Below are positions 1 through 9,328 of a stretch of DNA of 64,000 nt, one piece after another (position 1 is the stretch's first letter; each line of letters begins with the position of its first letter). Under the pieces are notes generated by a model. It was not told the origin of the DNA and ran no database searches. It was given only the letters and a program-made list of their open reading frames with translations. Source of the stretch: an uncultured virus (IMG/VR IMGVR_UViG_3300050821_001955) (Duplodnaviria > Heunggongvirae > Uroviricota > Caudoviricetes). The DNA is taken from the IMG/VR virus record IMGVR_UViG_3300050821_001955. The stretch is one strand, 5' to 3'. The position numbers were made by a program, and so were the translations under genes.

Positions 1-312
1 AGTATATTTCGCTCCCCTTCCCATATTGTGTTCTCTTGTTCTTACTACTGCATCTAGAGCGATTCCGGTATAGAAAGTACCATCCCCACAACGGACGATA
101 TAGACTTGGTATTGTTTCATCGGCATAACGCTCCGCATCTAGAACATCCGCTACGCCAACCGCCATGTCCTTTATTAGCTACAGCGGTCCATTTATGCTC
201 GCATTTATTTCTATGAGCTAGTCTCTTACGAAATACTTTTACCGGCTTTCCCCGTTTCGAGTCTAAGTACACCCAAATAAACTCTTTCCCGTTCTCAAAG
301 TTTAAGGTTCTA

Positions 313-729
313 TCACTCGACATAGATAATCCTTTTCTTTAGCTTGAGAGCTTTCTTAATCGTATCTTCTGTTCCCCCGGTCCTATCTTCCGCGACGACA
401 GCTATAAGTACATCACAGTGTTGAGCTATTAGCGTATTGCGAGCGTAATTTATTTTAGCAAACGCTGCTCTAGAGTTCATCTCTAAGAGAGCTTTGTCTA
501 AGTCCTCTGACCTAGGGTAATATATTGTGATGGTAATCCCGAATTCTCTAGCTATCTTCTCCGCAAATCTGTCTCCTCCCCATTGACACCCTCCGCTAAC
601 TATTGAGTCTTTAGGTCTATACACTTTATCAAAGGCTTCACGACATAGTTGATAGTCTTGAAATGAGTTACGTCTACGGCTTCCTACTATCCCAATTACT
701 TTAGGCTTTCTCTCGATTATCTTAACCAT
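313..729 (-). CDS. SLOG-superfamily (DprA/YspA/DUF2493-like) nucleotide-binding protein
   Basis: IGIVGSR, IVSGGC..GGD, ARN.LIA..CD.LIAV and GGT.DTI motifs typical of the SLOG fold. Confidence 0.75.
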   Translation of the reverse strand: MVKIIERKPKVIGIVGSRRRNSFQDYQLCREAFDKVYRPKDSIVSGGCQWGGDRFAEKIAREFGITITIYYPRSEDLDKALLEMNSRAAFAKINYARNTLIAQHCDVLIAVVAEDRTGGTEDTIKKALKLKKRIIYVE

Positions 730-732
730 AAG

Positions 733-1551
733 CTAGGCGTCCCTTGTCCTTCTTAGATAATCCTCGTTTTGAGCCTTAGCTCGGCAGCTAGGACATACTC
801 CTGCTTCGTTTGATCTATGTATAGGATTTACTTTACATACTGAACAGAACCGATCATAAGAGCTATCCGTCACCCTCTTTAGTCCATCGCCAAACGAGAC
901 AACAGGGTCTTTAATAATCGGGATAGAATCATCCGGAGGTTCCGCGAATCCTGAGCCGGTTTGAGTAAGAGGTTCTTTAGGATCTAACCACTTGAACTTA
1001 ACTTTAGCACTAGCTAGCTCTAAGTCCGAACAACGGGTAATACTAGATAAATTCGGCCCTATTTTATCTAACGGACAAGGATCAGATAGCTTACAAGTAC
1101 ATTTACATGTAATAGGGTCTAGTACGGGAGTAAACCAAGGGTATTTAGACTTAACTATCTCTCGCTCTCCTTCCCTATCTCGATTCTCTTCTTTTGCTAA
1201 TTCTTCACTAAACTTCTCCGGATAACGGAGCTTCAACTTATTTATGTTAGCTTCCATAACGTCTGCTAGAGAGATACCGAGAGTATTACAAGCGAGAGCA
1301 ATATACCAAAGACAATCTCCTAGCTCCTCTTTGATATTCGTATCGTCTCGTTGTTGACCGTAGTAAATCCACTTCTCAATAGCTCCCGCTAGCTCTCCTA
1401 CTTCTCCGGTTAGTCCTAATACTGAGTGATTAAGCCTTATCGGTGCTCCTATAATAACTATAGGTTTGGAATTAGGATTCATTCTATTCATTGATTGTAG
1501 ATAATCACATTCTGTTCTAGCCGCTAGTCGTTGATACTCGTTAGGATTCAC
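733..1551 (-). CDS. MazG-like NTP pyrophosphohydrolase with Cys-rich C-terminal extension
   Basis: LGLTGEVGEL...IKEELGDCLWYIA...NINKLKLRYP; C-terminal CxxC pairs. Confidence 0.85.
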   Translation of the reverse strand: MNPNEYQRLAARTECDYLQSMNRMNPNSKPIVIIGAPIRLNHSVLGLTGEVGELAGAIEKWIYYGQQRDDTNIKEELGDCLWYIALACNTLGISLADVMEANINKLKLRYPEKFSEELAKEENRDREGEREIVKSKYPWFTPVLDPITCKCTCKLSDPCPLDKIGPNLSSITRCSDLELASAKVKFKWLDPKEPLTQTGSGFAEPPDDSIPIIKDPVVSFGDGLKRVTDSSYDRFCSVCKVNPIHRSNEAGVCPSCRAKAQNEDYLRRTRDA

Positions 1552-1568
1552 TATTCTCTCCCGGCGGT

Positions 1569-2045
1569 TTAGTGCTTTTGAAGATTACTGAGATTGACCT
1601 CTATGAAAGACCCTACTAAATATATCTTAGTATTAGGATCATCTACAGCCATAATTCTAGCAGTATATAAGTTTTCTATTCTACCCGGTAATTTAGCGAT
1701 AATTTTTACTTCTCCTCTTAGTCTCCAGTCATCTATTCTTACGGTAGTTCCTATGAGATCATCTTGATCTTTAGTCTTAGACTGTTCCCACTCGATCAAC
1801 TTATCAAGATAGTGTCTAGCTTTGAGTAGATCCTCTATCCCATTCTTTTTATTCCAACGGCTACAATATTTTATGACTTGAGCTTCCATATAGTTAATAC
1901 CGTTAGAGAGGATATAATTCCAATGTTCTATTCCTCCCTTGTAATGACTTCCGGCAATCTGATACTCATCCGCTTTCTTAGCTCCTTGCTCGCTCATCCG
2001 TTTCTCCCCATAGCGTGAGTAAAAACTACTGTATCTTTCAAACAT
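1569..2045 (-). CDS. DUF3310 / T7 gp1.7-like nucleotide kinase domain protein (likely start at 1997)
   Basis: QIAGSHYK...IKYCSRWNKKNGIEDLLKARHYLDKLIE. Confidence 0.75.
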   Translation of the reverse strand: MFERYSSFYSRYGEKRMSEQGAKKADEYQIAGSHYKGGIEHWNYILSNGINYMEAQVIKYCSRWNKKNGIEDLLKARHYLDKLIEWEQSKTKDQDDLIGTTVRIDDWRLRGEVKIIAKLPGRIENLYTARIMAVDDPNTKIYLVGSFIEVNLSNLQKH

Positions 2046-2257
2046 TTAGGACATTCTAGTCTAGAGGGTTTTCCTTTTACTAGATCCGTTAGCTCCATAA
2101 ATCCTATAGACTGAGAGAGGTTACAAAGGTAGTAAACGTGTCTATGTCCTCTCCATTGACAGCTAGTACATAATACTCCGCAACGATGAGTACATCCCGT
2201 ATGAATTACGTTCTTTACTTTTCTCAAGTCTAGTCTTAGAGTAGAGAAGATTCCCAT
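1994..2257 (-). CDS. Hypothetical Cys-rich protein
   Basis: ORF tightly packed in the operon; two CxxC motifs. Confidence 0.5.
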   Translation of the reverse strand: MGIFSTLRLDLRKVKNVIHTGCTHRCGVLCTSCQWRGHRHVYYLCNLSQSIGFMELTDLVKGKPSRLECPKCLKDTVVFTHAMGRNG

Positions 2258-3513
2258 TATTCTCCCTTCCTATAAACACTATTAGCTTCCCAATTCTCTT
2301 GTCGTTTCTTAATCCAATTCGTCGCGATTACACGCCAATCATCTGACATTATCTTACTGCACCAGTATAGAGCTTTTTCGTAATTCCGTTTCTTATGAAA
2401 GTAGAAAGCATCGCACATAGGTTGAGCGGTAAATCCTAAAAACGGCTCACTCCAACTACAAATAGGATCTTCATACTTCCCACTATTTTTCTCTACAAAC
2501 TCTACTACTTCCTTATCAAATATGTGAGAGTCTTTTACTAAAGGAATCGTAACTACTATATCGTTCTCATAGCTCCATCGCTTAGGTGAGAATTGATCTC
2601 TATCAGTCTCATGCTCTAGCCATACTTCCGGTTTCCATCCGGAGTTTGTTTCTATATAGACGTGCATGTTATTTGAGACTTGATTATAGGTTCCTACGTC
2701 TAGTTCTAAGGCTGTAGCTATATACTCCTGAAGGAAGGAGAATACACAATAGTTAGCTCCCAAAGCCCCCCACAATAAATCATTGGAGCGATTGAATACA
2801 GTCATATTGAGATAGCGGGGTTGCTCACTAGGAGTTCCACTACAGCTAGGACAGGGATGTTTATCTATACTAGGGATATTAGCATCCGGATAAAATCCCA
2901 ATCCTTCACAAGACTTACATTCTCCTTTCTCAATTGAAAAGCAAATATTGAGATTACAACAGACGTCACGAGAGGTATCTATCTGTATCAAGTCGTTATC
3001 TATATCCCACATGTTAAGTACGGCACGACGGGACTCCGGTTTAGCTTTGAGATGGTCTATGATAAACCTGATCTGGTCTACTGCTGGAGGACCGTTGCAA
3101 CGATAGAAATAGTCCCCCTTCTCAATCTTAGCAAACGGATTATCGTAATGGGCGTGTTCGTCACTAGGATAGTAATAACCGTTTCTCCATCTCATACCGT
3201 ATGACCCATTCAACGTCTCTCCGTCATCGGAATATTCGGCAAACTGTTTGCTATAGTAAGCTAACGGGGCTACGTCGTTTCGACCGGAGAGCATGTAGAG
3301 AGCTTCGTACATGAGACTGAAAGGATTGACGTCTCGACTCTCGTTAAATAGACACCGCTCCTTCGGGTGAGAGTAAGAGAGGATTACCGGCTCTTCAACT
3401 CTCAAGACTTCGCCATTGCGAGAGGCTTCTATCGTTACCGGGATACGTCCGCTCTGAATTCCGGACACTACGCCTACAAAAGCGTCGTTACAATTCTTGT
3501 ACTTGAGGTGCAT
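2257..3513 (-). CDS. Thymidylate synthase-like protein, probable dUMP hydroxymethylase
   Basis: YSDDG..LNGSYG.RW, SRRAVL, DVCCN (catalytic Cys), RSNDLLWGALGANY (Asn consistent with a dU substrate), NNMHVY; next to 5-hmdU-processing genes. Confidence 0.85.
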   Translation of the reverse strand: MHLKYKNCNDAFVGVVSGIQSGRIPVTIEASRNGEVLRVEEPVILSYSHPKERCLFNESRDVNPFSLMYEALYMLSGRNDVAPLAYYSKQFAEYSDDGETLNGSYGMRWRNGYYYPSDEHAHYDNPFAKIEKGDYFYRCNGPPAVDQIRFIIDHLKAKPESRRAVLNMWDIDNDLIQIDTSRDVCCNLNICFSIEKGECKSCEGLGFYPDANIPSIDKHPCPSCSGTPSEQPRYLNMTVFNRSNDLLWGALGANYCVFSFLQEYIATALELDVGTYNQVSNNMHVYIETNSGWKPEVWLEHETDRDQFSPKRWSYENDIVVTIPLVKDSHIFDKEVVEFVEKNSGKYEDPICSWSEPFLGFTAQPMCDAFYFHKKRNYEKALYWCSKIMSDDWRVIATNWIKKRQENWEANSVYRKGE

Positions 3514-3653
3514 TTGCTCGCTCCTATCTAAAGGGAAAAGGGGAAGTCTATTTTAACGTGGAATATTCTCTCAGTCTAATTCCGTTCCGGACAACGAGTT
3601 ACAAGAATCTCAAAATATTTTGGAAAATCGGTCAGAATCGGAGTGGTTTTCTC

Positions 3654-3682
3654 TAGACGAATGGTACAAGAGTCGATACTAT
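3654..3682 (+). promoter_or_regulatory. Sigma70-like promoter TAGACG-N17-TACTAT
   Basis: Exact 17-nt spacer; same -35 as the promoter at 28341; upstream of the isolated + strand gene. Confidence 0.6.
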
Positions 3683-3695
3683 TGATAATAGATCG

Positions 3696-3708
3696 GTAGT
3701 TATACTAC
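3696..3708. promoter_or_regulatory. Palindromic operator-like motif GTAGT-N3-ACTAC (copy 1, inverted)
   Basis: Reverse complement of GTAGTATAACTAC seen at 24270, 26015 and 28288. Confidence 0.65.
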
Positions 3709-3771
3709 CGGCGGGACTCCCGAGAGGGTTCCGAAAGTCCTTTGAAAATCCGAGAGATAGGAAAACGAATC

Positions 3772-4245
3772 ATGGTAAAGTCTGAAGTTGTCGATGCTGG
3801 CGGCGGAATCGGTGTTGAAGTTCCGGTTGGAGAAGCTCCGAAAAAGGCTGCTGCTAAGAAGGTTCCGGCCAAGACGTCCGCTCCGGCGAAAAAGACTCCC
3901 GCTAAGAAAACCGCTCCGGTTAAGGGTGCGGCGAAAAAGACGGCTGCTCCGAAAGAGAAAAAAGAACGAGCACCCCGCGAACCGAAATTGCTCGGAAAGC
4001 CTCAGACCGCGATTTTGACCGTTCTCGCAAAGCATCCGGACGGTTTGACCCGTACCCAAATTTCGGAAAAGACGGAAATCAAATCCGGCTTCTCCTCTCT
4101 CTTGGGTCATCTTGAGCCCGAGAAGCGTGAGCCCCAATCTTTGGCTGCTCGTGGCCTCATCAAGATCGTAACGGAGGAGGAAGGAACGGTCCATAAGATT
4201 ACCGCCGATGGTAAGAAGATTTTGGATAAGGTTTTGAAAGGCTGA
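3772..4245 (+). CDS. Histone H1-like Lys/Ala/Pro-rich protein with a C-terminal winged-helix-like domain
   Basis: PKKAAAKK/PAKK repeats followed by Q.AIL.VL...DGLTR.QI; ATG at 3772 after AGGAAA; own promoter and terminator. Confidence 0.65.
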   Translation: MVKSEVVDAGGGIGVEVPVGEAPKKAAAKKVPAKTSAPAKKTPAKKTAPVKGAAKKTAAPKEKKERAPREPKLLGKPQTAILTVLAKHPDGLTRTQISEKTEIKSGFSSLLGHLEPEKREPQSLAARGLIKIVTEEEGTVHKITADGKKILDKVLKG

Positions 4246-4263
4246 TCTACCGGACTTTCCGGA

Positions 4264-4296
4264 AACCCTAGGCGGATTACCGTCTGGGGTTTTTTA
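4264..4296 (+). terminator. Intrinsic terminator (possibly bidirectional)
   Basis: aaaccctaggcgg-atta-ccgtctggggttttttt between convergent genes. Confidence 0.75.
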
Positions 4297-5133
4297 TTTG
4301 GTCCGTTTTCCAACCGAGAGATTATCTCTAAGGTGCTCTATACTATTGGTACGGAATAGGGCTACCGATACTCCCGATTGGTCTATCACCCACTCTAGGC
4401 TCTCGCTCGCCTCTTTCCGGAGACTTCCTTGGCCCAACGAACTATAAGCGATCACCCGGACGTTTAGAGACTCGCAAAACGGAATCAAAAACTCCGTATT
4501 TCCTCTATCTTTTGTATTTAGCCTTACCTGATTAGAGACGATTTCAAATCCTCTCTCCCGAGCGAGTCTAATTGCCCTTACTAACTGACCGCCACAGAAG
4601 TTACATACTCCTACTCGGTCGATAACTTTTTGGGAAAGTAACTCTGTCATCGCATCAAGAGTCTTTTCTAAGGGAGCTAGAGGATTAGGCCAATGAATCT
4701 GATAAAGATCAATTCTCCCTAAGTTCTCTCGGCTTCTCTTTCCGGCCGAAATCGTTGCCGTTTCAGATAGGTGGTTTCTCGCTACTTTCGTAGCTATCCA
4801 AGTCTCATATCCTATCTCTTTCAAAACCTTACCGAGTTCCTTCTCAACCTTTCCAAATCCATATCCTTCCGCTGTATCGATAAGTCCTACCCCTAATCGA
4901 AGGGCTTCTTCCATAATTTGGGAATTATACTTCCATCCATAAGTACCCAAACCGAGAGAAGGTAAGTTCCAATCATTATTCGGAACAGGAGAAATTTTAG
5001 GATATTCCAACCATCGTCTAGCGGAGACTCTTAGTAAATCCGGACTTCTATATTCTTCTAAGGTTTCCCTCCACTTCTCTTCCCACATCGCCCCTCTCAT
5101 TGCATCTCTAAGTTTAGCCTCTTGAGTATTCAC
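4294..5133 (-). CDS. Aldo/keto reductase family protein
   Basis: LGLGTY, IDTAEGYG, ATKV, IDLYQIHWP, GVCNF, NQV, AYSSLGQG; D-Y-K-H tetrad present. Confidence 0.9.
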   Translation of the reverse strand: MNTQEAKLRDAMRGAMWEEKWRETLEEYRSPDLLRVSARRWLEYPKISPVPNNDWNLPSLGLGTYGWKYNSQIMEEALRLGVGLIDTAEGYGFGKVEKELGKVLKEIGYETWIATKVARNHLSETATISAGKRSRENLGRIDLYQIHWPNPLAPLEKTLDAMTELLSQKVIDRVGVCNFCGGQLVRAIRLARERGFEIVSNQVRLNTKDRGNTEFLIPFCESLNVRVIAYSSLGQGSLRKEASESLEWVIDQSGVSVALFRTNSIEHLRDNLSVGKRTK

Positions 5134-6017
5134 TTAAATTTCTCCAAAGCTTTTTTGGCTACTAATCCTGTTAATCCTAAGCCTACTCGATGACCTCCAG
5201 TAGCTACTACAATTCGGGGAGAAATTTTCTCTACTAAGAACTTATCGGCTATTGGTCGATAACCCTCAATTAGATTTATCTCCCTTACATCTTTCAATAT
5301 AGTATTCTGGACTATTCTTAGATTTGTAATAGCCGTCTCTTTTGGAGTATTCTCTGCCGTATCTCCTACTCGGTATTCTCCTATCCTTTTTCCCCATCTC
5401 CTTATAGTGTGCTTAACGTAAGGCTTTATCATTACAGATACGGGAATTTTAGACTGAGTAGTTCCTCTACTTAATATCCCTCTACCATAAAGCTTAGAGA
5501 CTCCTAACCTACATAGTCCCGAATCTTCTAAAAGCTTATCCGTAGAATATCCTCCTGCTAAAACGAGATAAGTACATGAGATACAACTTTCTCCTTCCCA
5601 TACCGACACCCGTCTAGAATCTTCTATAATATTTTCAACCTCAAACCTTTGAGAGTCTACTAATCCCGTTATAGTTTCATTAGAGTCTATGTAGATCGCT
5701 TTAGCTCCCTCTCGATAGGATCTTCCTTGAAAGCTATTTAAGAATCCTTCTTGAGTAACCTTCCCTCCTCTCTCTATTAACCAGCTAAGACTATTATCCA
5801 AATCTTCTTTAGACCAATCTGAGGGAAAATATTTCGAGAAGATAGGAGACTTATAAGAACTAGGATCGCAGATAGCAGAAGCATTTCTACTACCCGAAAG
5901 AGGATCTTTTGAGTCTAAGACTATTACTCGTTTTCCTCTCTTTTTAGCTTCATAAGCTATTCCCGCTCCCCAATAGCCTCCTCCAATTACTATCAGATCA
6001 TAAGTAAGACTTACCAT
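5130..6017 (-). CDS. FAD-dependent oxidoreductase (D-amino acid oxidase/glycine oxidase-like)
   Basis: DLIVIGGGYWG Rossmann motif, GS.NAS, LAGGY, GYRP, ATGGHRVGL. Confidence 0.85.
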   Translation of the reverse strand: MVSLTYDLIVIGGGYWGAGIAYEAKKRGKRVIVLDSKDPLSGSRNASAICDPSSYKSPIFSKYFPSDWSKEDLDNSLSWLIERGGKVTQEGFLNSFQGRSYREGAKAIYIDSNETITGLVDSQRFEVENIIEDSRRVSVWEGESCISCTYLVLAGGYSTDKLLEDSGLCRLGVSKLYGRGILSRGTTQSKIPVSVMIKPYVKHTIRRWGKRIGEYRVGDTAENTPKETAITNLRIVQNTILKDVREINLIEGYRPIADKFLVEKISPRIVVATGGHRVGLGLTGLVAKKALEKFK

Positions 6018-6799
6018 AATCCTCCTCTTTTACCCGCGGCTAGTAACTGTTGACTTGTCTTACATTTCGCGAATCGGAGAAGCCCCTTACGGAGTCCCAT
6101 AACGTCCTCTCCTAATTCGTAATGTCCTTTTAGATATGATCCGTGTTTACATAAAATAGTTTCACACTCCTGAAGGTTTATCTTCCTCTCGTAACGGGGA
6201 GGAGCGAGAGTATCTCCTAAACGCTCTAGGATCGATTCTACGGCTATCGAGACGACGTTAGAGGGAATTACCTTATCTTCCCCGTACTCGCATTTATAGA
6301 GGATCGTAGCGGCTTTAGCGGGAGAGTCGTAAACGAACGAAAACGAGTTACGGAACGAAACTCTAGAAAGATTTAACCGCTCTACCATATCGGCTACTTT
6401 GAACGCAATCCACGGACCATAGCCAACCCAAGTCTTTACGTAGTCTATTAACTCTTCAGCTGCTAAGTCATTTGCTAATAACGGAGTGAATAAAGCTTCT
6501 ATCCCTTTCCGCTCTTGAAACTCTACAGCCTTTCTCGCGTTCTCTCCTCTAAAATGTCTACGCTCATGACATCTCGGCCATTCCTTACTACTAGCCGCTA
6601 GTCTCATCGCTTTCCAATAGTCCGGTTGATCGACTATCCAAGAGGATGTTCCTGAATGATAGAAGTTAAAGAAGCAGAGAAGCCATTTACATAACTTAGG
6701 CTTTGGTAACTTAGCTTCCCATAGTGCTAGGTACAGCGGATCAAGATCATTGGTGTCTAAGAGAATCTTACCGAATTCGTAGACTGATAGCTGACTCAT
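6011..6799 (-). CDS. Amino acid:DNA transferase (aGPT-Pplase1/AADT family)
   Basis: FG..LL.TNDLDPLY, WPR.HERRHFRG, GYGPWIAFKVADM.ER and QECETILCK motifs of thymidine-hypermodification transferases. Confidence 0.85.
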   Translation of the reverse strand: MSQLSVYEFGKILLDTNDLDPLYLALWEAKLPKPKLCKWLLCFFNFYHSGTSSWIVDQPDYWKAMRLAASSKEWPRCHERRHFRGENARKAVEFQERKGIEALFTPLLANDLAAEELIDYVKTWVGYGPWIAFKVADMVERLNLSRVSFRNSFSFVYDSPAKAATILYKCEYGEDKVIPSNVVSIAVESILERLGDTLAPPRYERKINLQECETILCKHGSYLKGHYELGEDVMGLRKGLLRFAKCKTSQQLLAAGKRGGLW

Positions 6800-8214
6800 T
6801 TTTTCACGATACCTAGCTGAACTAAATCTCTCGGCACTCCTTGTCCTATCGGAATTTTAAGGTCCGCGAATCGTACCGCGTTAGCTTGACCGGCTAGTTC
6901 ATCTCCGCATCGGGGTTTACCGTCGTTTTCCGAAGCACAGTAGAGACATCCGCTAGGGGGACATTCTTCAACTTCTCTAAATAATTCATCTTCTGAGTCC
7001 CTAGTAAACATCGGGACACGATGTCCATGGCATTGTTCAGAGGTAGCAAACTTCCTCCCGATACTAACTCCTGTCTTACTTACTATCTGACCTTCTTCGT
7101 TCCTTTCATATTCATACTCGTAGCAGGTGCTATAAGTTAGTCCAAACCTCTTAGCATAAGAAGAGAATAGTCGATGAGACTTTATTCGATAGGCTTCTTG
7201 GATAGTCCGTTGTCCTCCTATGTTCTCCGTAAATAATTCTTCAAATAGTTTTCCCCTTTCTTCTCCAAATCGTTTCTTCATCTTAGCCACCATCGTAGGT
7301 GCCCAAGAATATCCGGCTTCTACAAACTTGACTATAACATGATCCGCTCCTACTTGAGCTAACTTCTTGAAAAGCTTTACTATCTGCTCGTTAGAAGTTA
7401 TTCCCGCTATGATAGGATTACATTGAATAGAAACGTAGATACCGGCTTTCTTAAGTCTACGAATATCTTCAAAATGTTCTTCTAACGGTAATGCCCCCGG
7501 AGAGAGGAATTGCCAGTCTCTAGGATCAGAAGTGTTGATAGACTTTTGAGCGTAGCTATAGGGACTCTGCTGCATAAGTTCTATCGCCCAATCCGGATAA
7601 CGGAGACGACTCAAGAAAAATATAGGGAGTCCTACCTTTACAAACTCTTCTGCCCCTTGCTGAGTATTATGATAATAATCCTCTAGAGGTAAGAATGGGT
7701 CACTGAAGCTCATAAAGTATCCAGCAGCTGCCCTTCTCATTTTTGATAGTTGCTTTTTTACTTGCTCTCCATAGTTTAGAGGGATGGTAATGAGTCCACT
7801 TCCTCTATATCCTCTAAAGCCAGAATTCACGTAGCAAAAATTACATCCAACACTACAATAACCACCCATCGGTTCCGTGAGTATTGCTTCCGAAAAACAT
7901 GGCCTTGGCCTTACTCCCGCTGGCTCATGTAGTCCCTTATACCAGCCTTGTAGTTCCTTAGCCTTATCAATCCGTATATGTTGAAAAGGCTTGAGGTATA
8001 CTAACACTTCTTTTTTATTTTCCTCCTTAGCATTACGAACCATTCCAATACTCATAGTTCGTACCTTAGTACGTCCTAAATATTCATCCTCTATTTCTTC
8101 TATTGGTCCTAATCCATCATGTGGCTCTGGTCGCATAAAATAATTGTACTGTTGGGGCGCTCCCCCTTCTTCGTCGGAATCTATTCTAGAAATCCAGTCT
8201 AATTCTGATTGCAT
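6796..8214 (-). CDS. Radical SAM enzyme in the DNA hypermodification cluster
   Basis: GYCSVGCNFCY (CxxxCxxC), SFSDPF; extra Cys cluster near the C-terminus (CPPSGCLYC). Confidence 0.85.
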   Translation of the reverse strand: MQSELDWISRIDSDEEGGAPQQYNYFMRPEPHDGLGPIEEIEDEYLGRTKVRTMSIGMVRNAKEENKKEVLVYLKPFQHIRIDKAKELQGWYKGLHEPAGVRPRPCFSEAILTEPMGGYCSVGCNFCYVNSGFRGYRGSGLITIPLNYGEQVKKQLSKMRRAAAGYFMSFSDPFLPLEDYYHNTQQGAEEFVKVGLPIFFLSRLRYPDWAIELMQQSPYSYAQKSINTSDPRDWQFLSPGALPLEEHFEDIRRLKKAGIYVSIQCNPIIAGITSNEQIVKLFKKLAQVGADHVIVKFVEAGYSWAPTMVAKMKKRFGEERGKLFEELFTENIGGQRTIQEAYRIKSHRLFSSYAKRFGLTYSTCYEYEYERNEEGQIVSKTGVSIGRKFATSEQCHGHRVPMFTRDSEDELFREVEECPPSGCLYCASENDGKPRCGDELAGQANAVRFADLKIPIGQGVPRDLVQLGIVKK

Positions 8215-8783
8215 AATAAATTATCCTTGACATGTTTCCAAGATTTATAGTGAACTATGCTCCAAATTACAGCTTGAGTTACTCCATATCGTTTACCAAG
8301 TTTACCTTGAGAGAGTATTCCCCTTTGGTATAGGTCCCTTATTTCTCTAACATTTTGTTCTGTAAGCTTAGCTAGCCAATTAGTTATCCCAACGTTTCTA
8401 GAACCATTATCCCTTCCGTGGTCTTTCCTATCCTTACAATTCTCTATATGCGTTCCCCATTTTAAGTTACATAATCGATTATCAGAAGGATTACCATTTA
8501 AATGTCTACATTCTTCTCCTTCCGGACTAGGACCAACAAACGTAATAAGTAACAGTCTATGTATTCCTCTATAATCGTGTCCGGATCTATCTAGTCTTTT
8601 CAGATTAACTGATACATATCCCTCTTCGTTTATTGTAGGATTTAATATTCTATAATAAGTACCTACGTCGTCTACTAATATATGTTCGGAGTATTTAGAA
8701 GGTTCGGTGTCTATTACTGCTCCTAACTTATTTATCCTATAACGATTGTACCCCGGTATAGGAGTAAATTGACTAACTAACAT
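8199..8783 (-). CDS. NUMOD4-HNH homing endonuclease
   Basis: PIPGYNRYRINKLG, IHRL...FVGP, CRHLNGNPSDNRLCNLKWGT. Confidence 0.9.
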   Translation of the reverse strand: MLVSQFTPIPGYNRYRINKLGAVIDTEPSKYSEHILVDDVGTYYRILNPTINEEGYVSVNLKRLDRSGHDYRGIHRLLLITFVGPSPEGEECRHLNGNPSDNRLCNLKWGTHIENCKDRKDHGRDNGSRNVGITNWLAKLTEQNVREIRDLYQRGILSQGKLGKRYGVTQAVIWSIVHYKSWKHVKDNLLCNQN

Positions 8784-9328
8784 TACTTACCCTTTATCCA
8801 TTTAAGGATGATACTAGGTGCTTGGTTAACGCTACTGCGGATAGCTATTATACCCGATTCCTTTAGCTTCAGTCTTGACCGTTCTATAACTTTTATTCTA
8901 TTTGTAGTATTAGCCGGATTAAGAGGCTTCTCATTCCCTACGCTCGCTCTCCTAGCTTCTATCTGCTTAAGACATTGACTAAGAGGGGTGATAAGGTAGA
9001 TAACTCTCAAATCCTCTAGTTGACTACACCACTTTGTATCTTCCGACAATAGAAGCCCTTCGCAAAGTATTGTCGGTTTTTTATGGCTACTTAGTATGTC
9101 TTGAATTAAGTCGTAAACGGCTTTAGCACTTCCTACGTTATCGCACCCACCGCACATACTCTCATAATGTCCTAGTACAATAACTCCTCTATACTTAGTG
9201 TTGACGTAGTAGAGAGGCTTTTTCCTTCCTTCCGTTCCGATAGGTTCCCAATGACCTAGAGTCTCCATTACCTTTTTCATAACCCAAGTTTTACCACTTC
9301 CGCTAGTTCCCCTCACATTTATTATCAT
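8783..9328 (-). CDS. P-loop nucleotide kinase associated with the thymidine hypermodification cluster
   Basis: IINVRGTSGSGKT Walker A; LGHY...CGGCD; CEGLLLS. Confidence 0.8.
   Translation of the reverse strand: MIINVRGTSGSGKTWVMKKVMETLGHWEPIGTEGRKKPLYYVNTKYRGVIVLGHYESMCGGCDNVGSAKAVYDLIQDILSSHKKPTILCEGLLLSEDTKWCSQLEDLRVIYLITPLSQCLKQIEARRASVGNEKPLNPANTTNRIKVIERSRLKLKESGIIAIRSSVNQAPSIILKWIKGK

Noticed and set aside
3700..4194. 164-aa minus-strand ORF
   Set aside because: Antisense shadow of the H1-like gene, which has its own promoter, RBS and terminator.
8199..8783. HNH as part of a group I intron splitting a modification gene
   Set aside because: Flanking genes appear complete and abut the HNH ORF with no room for intron core structure.
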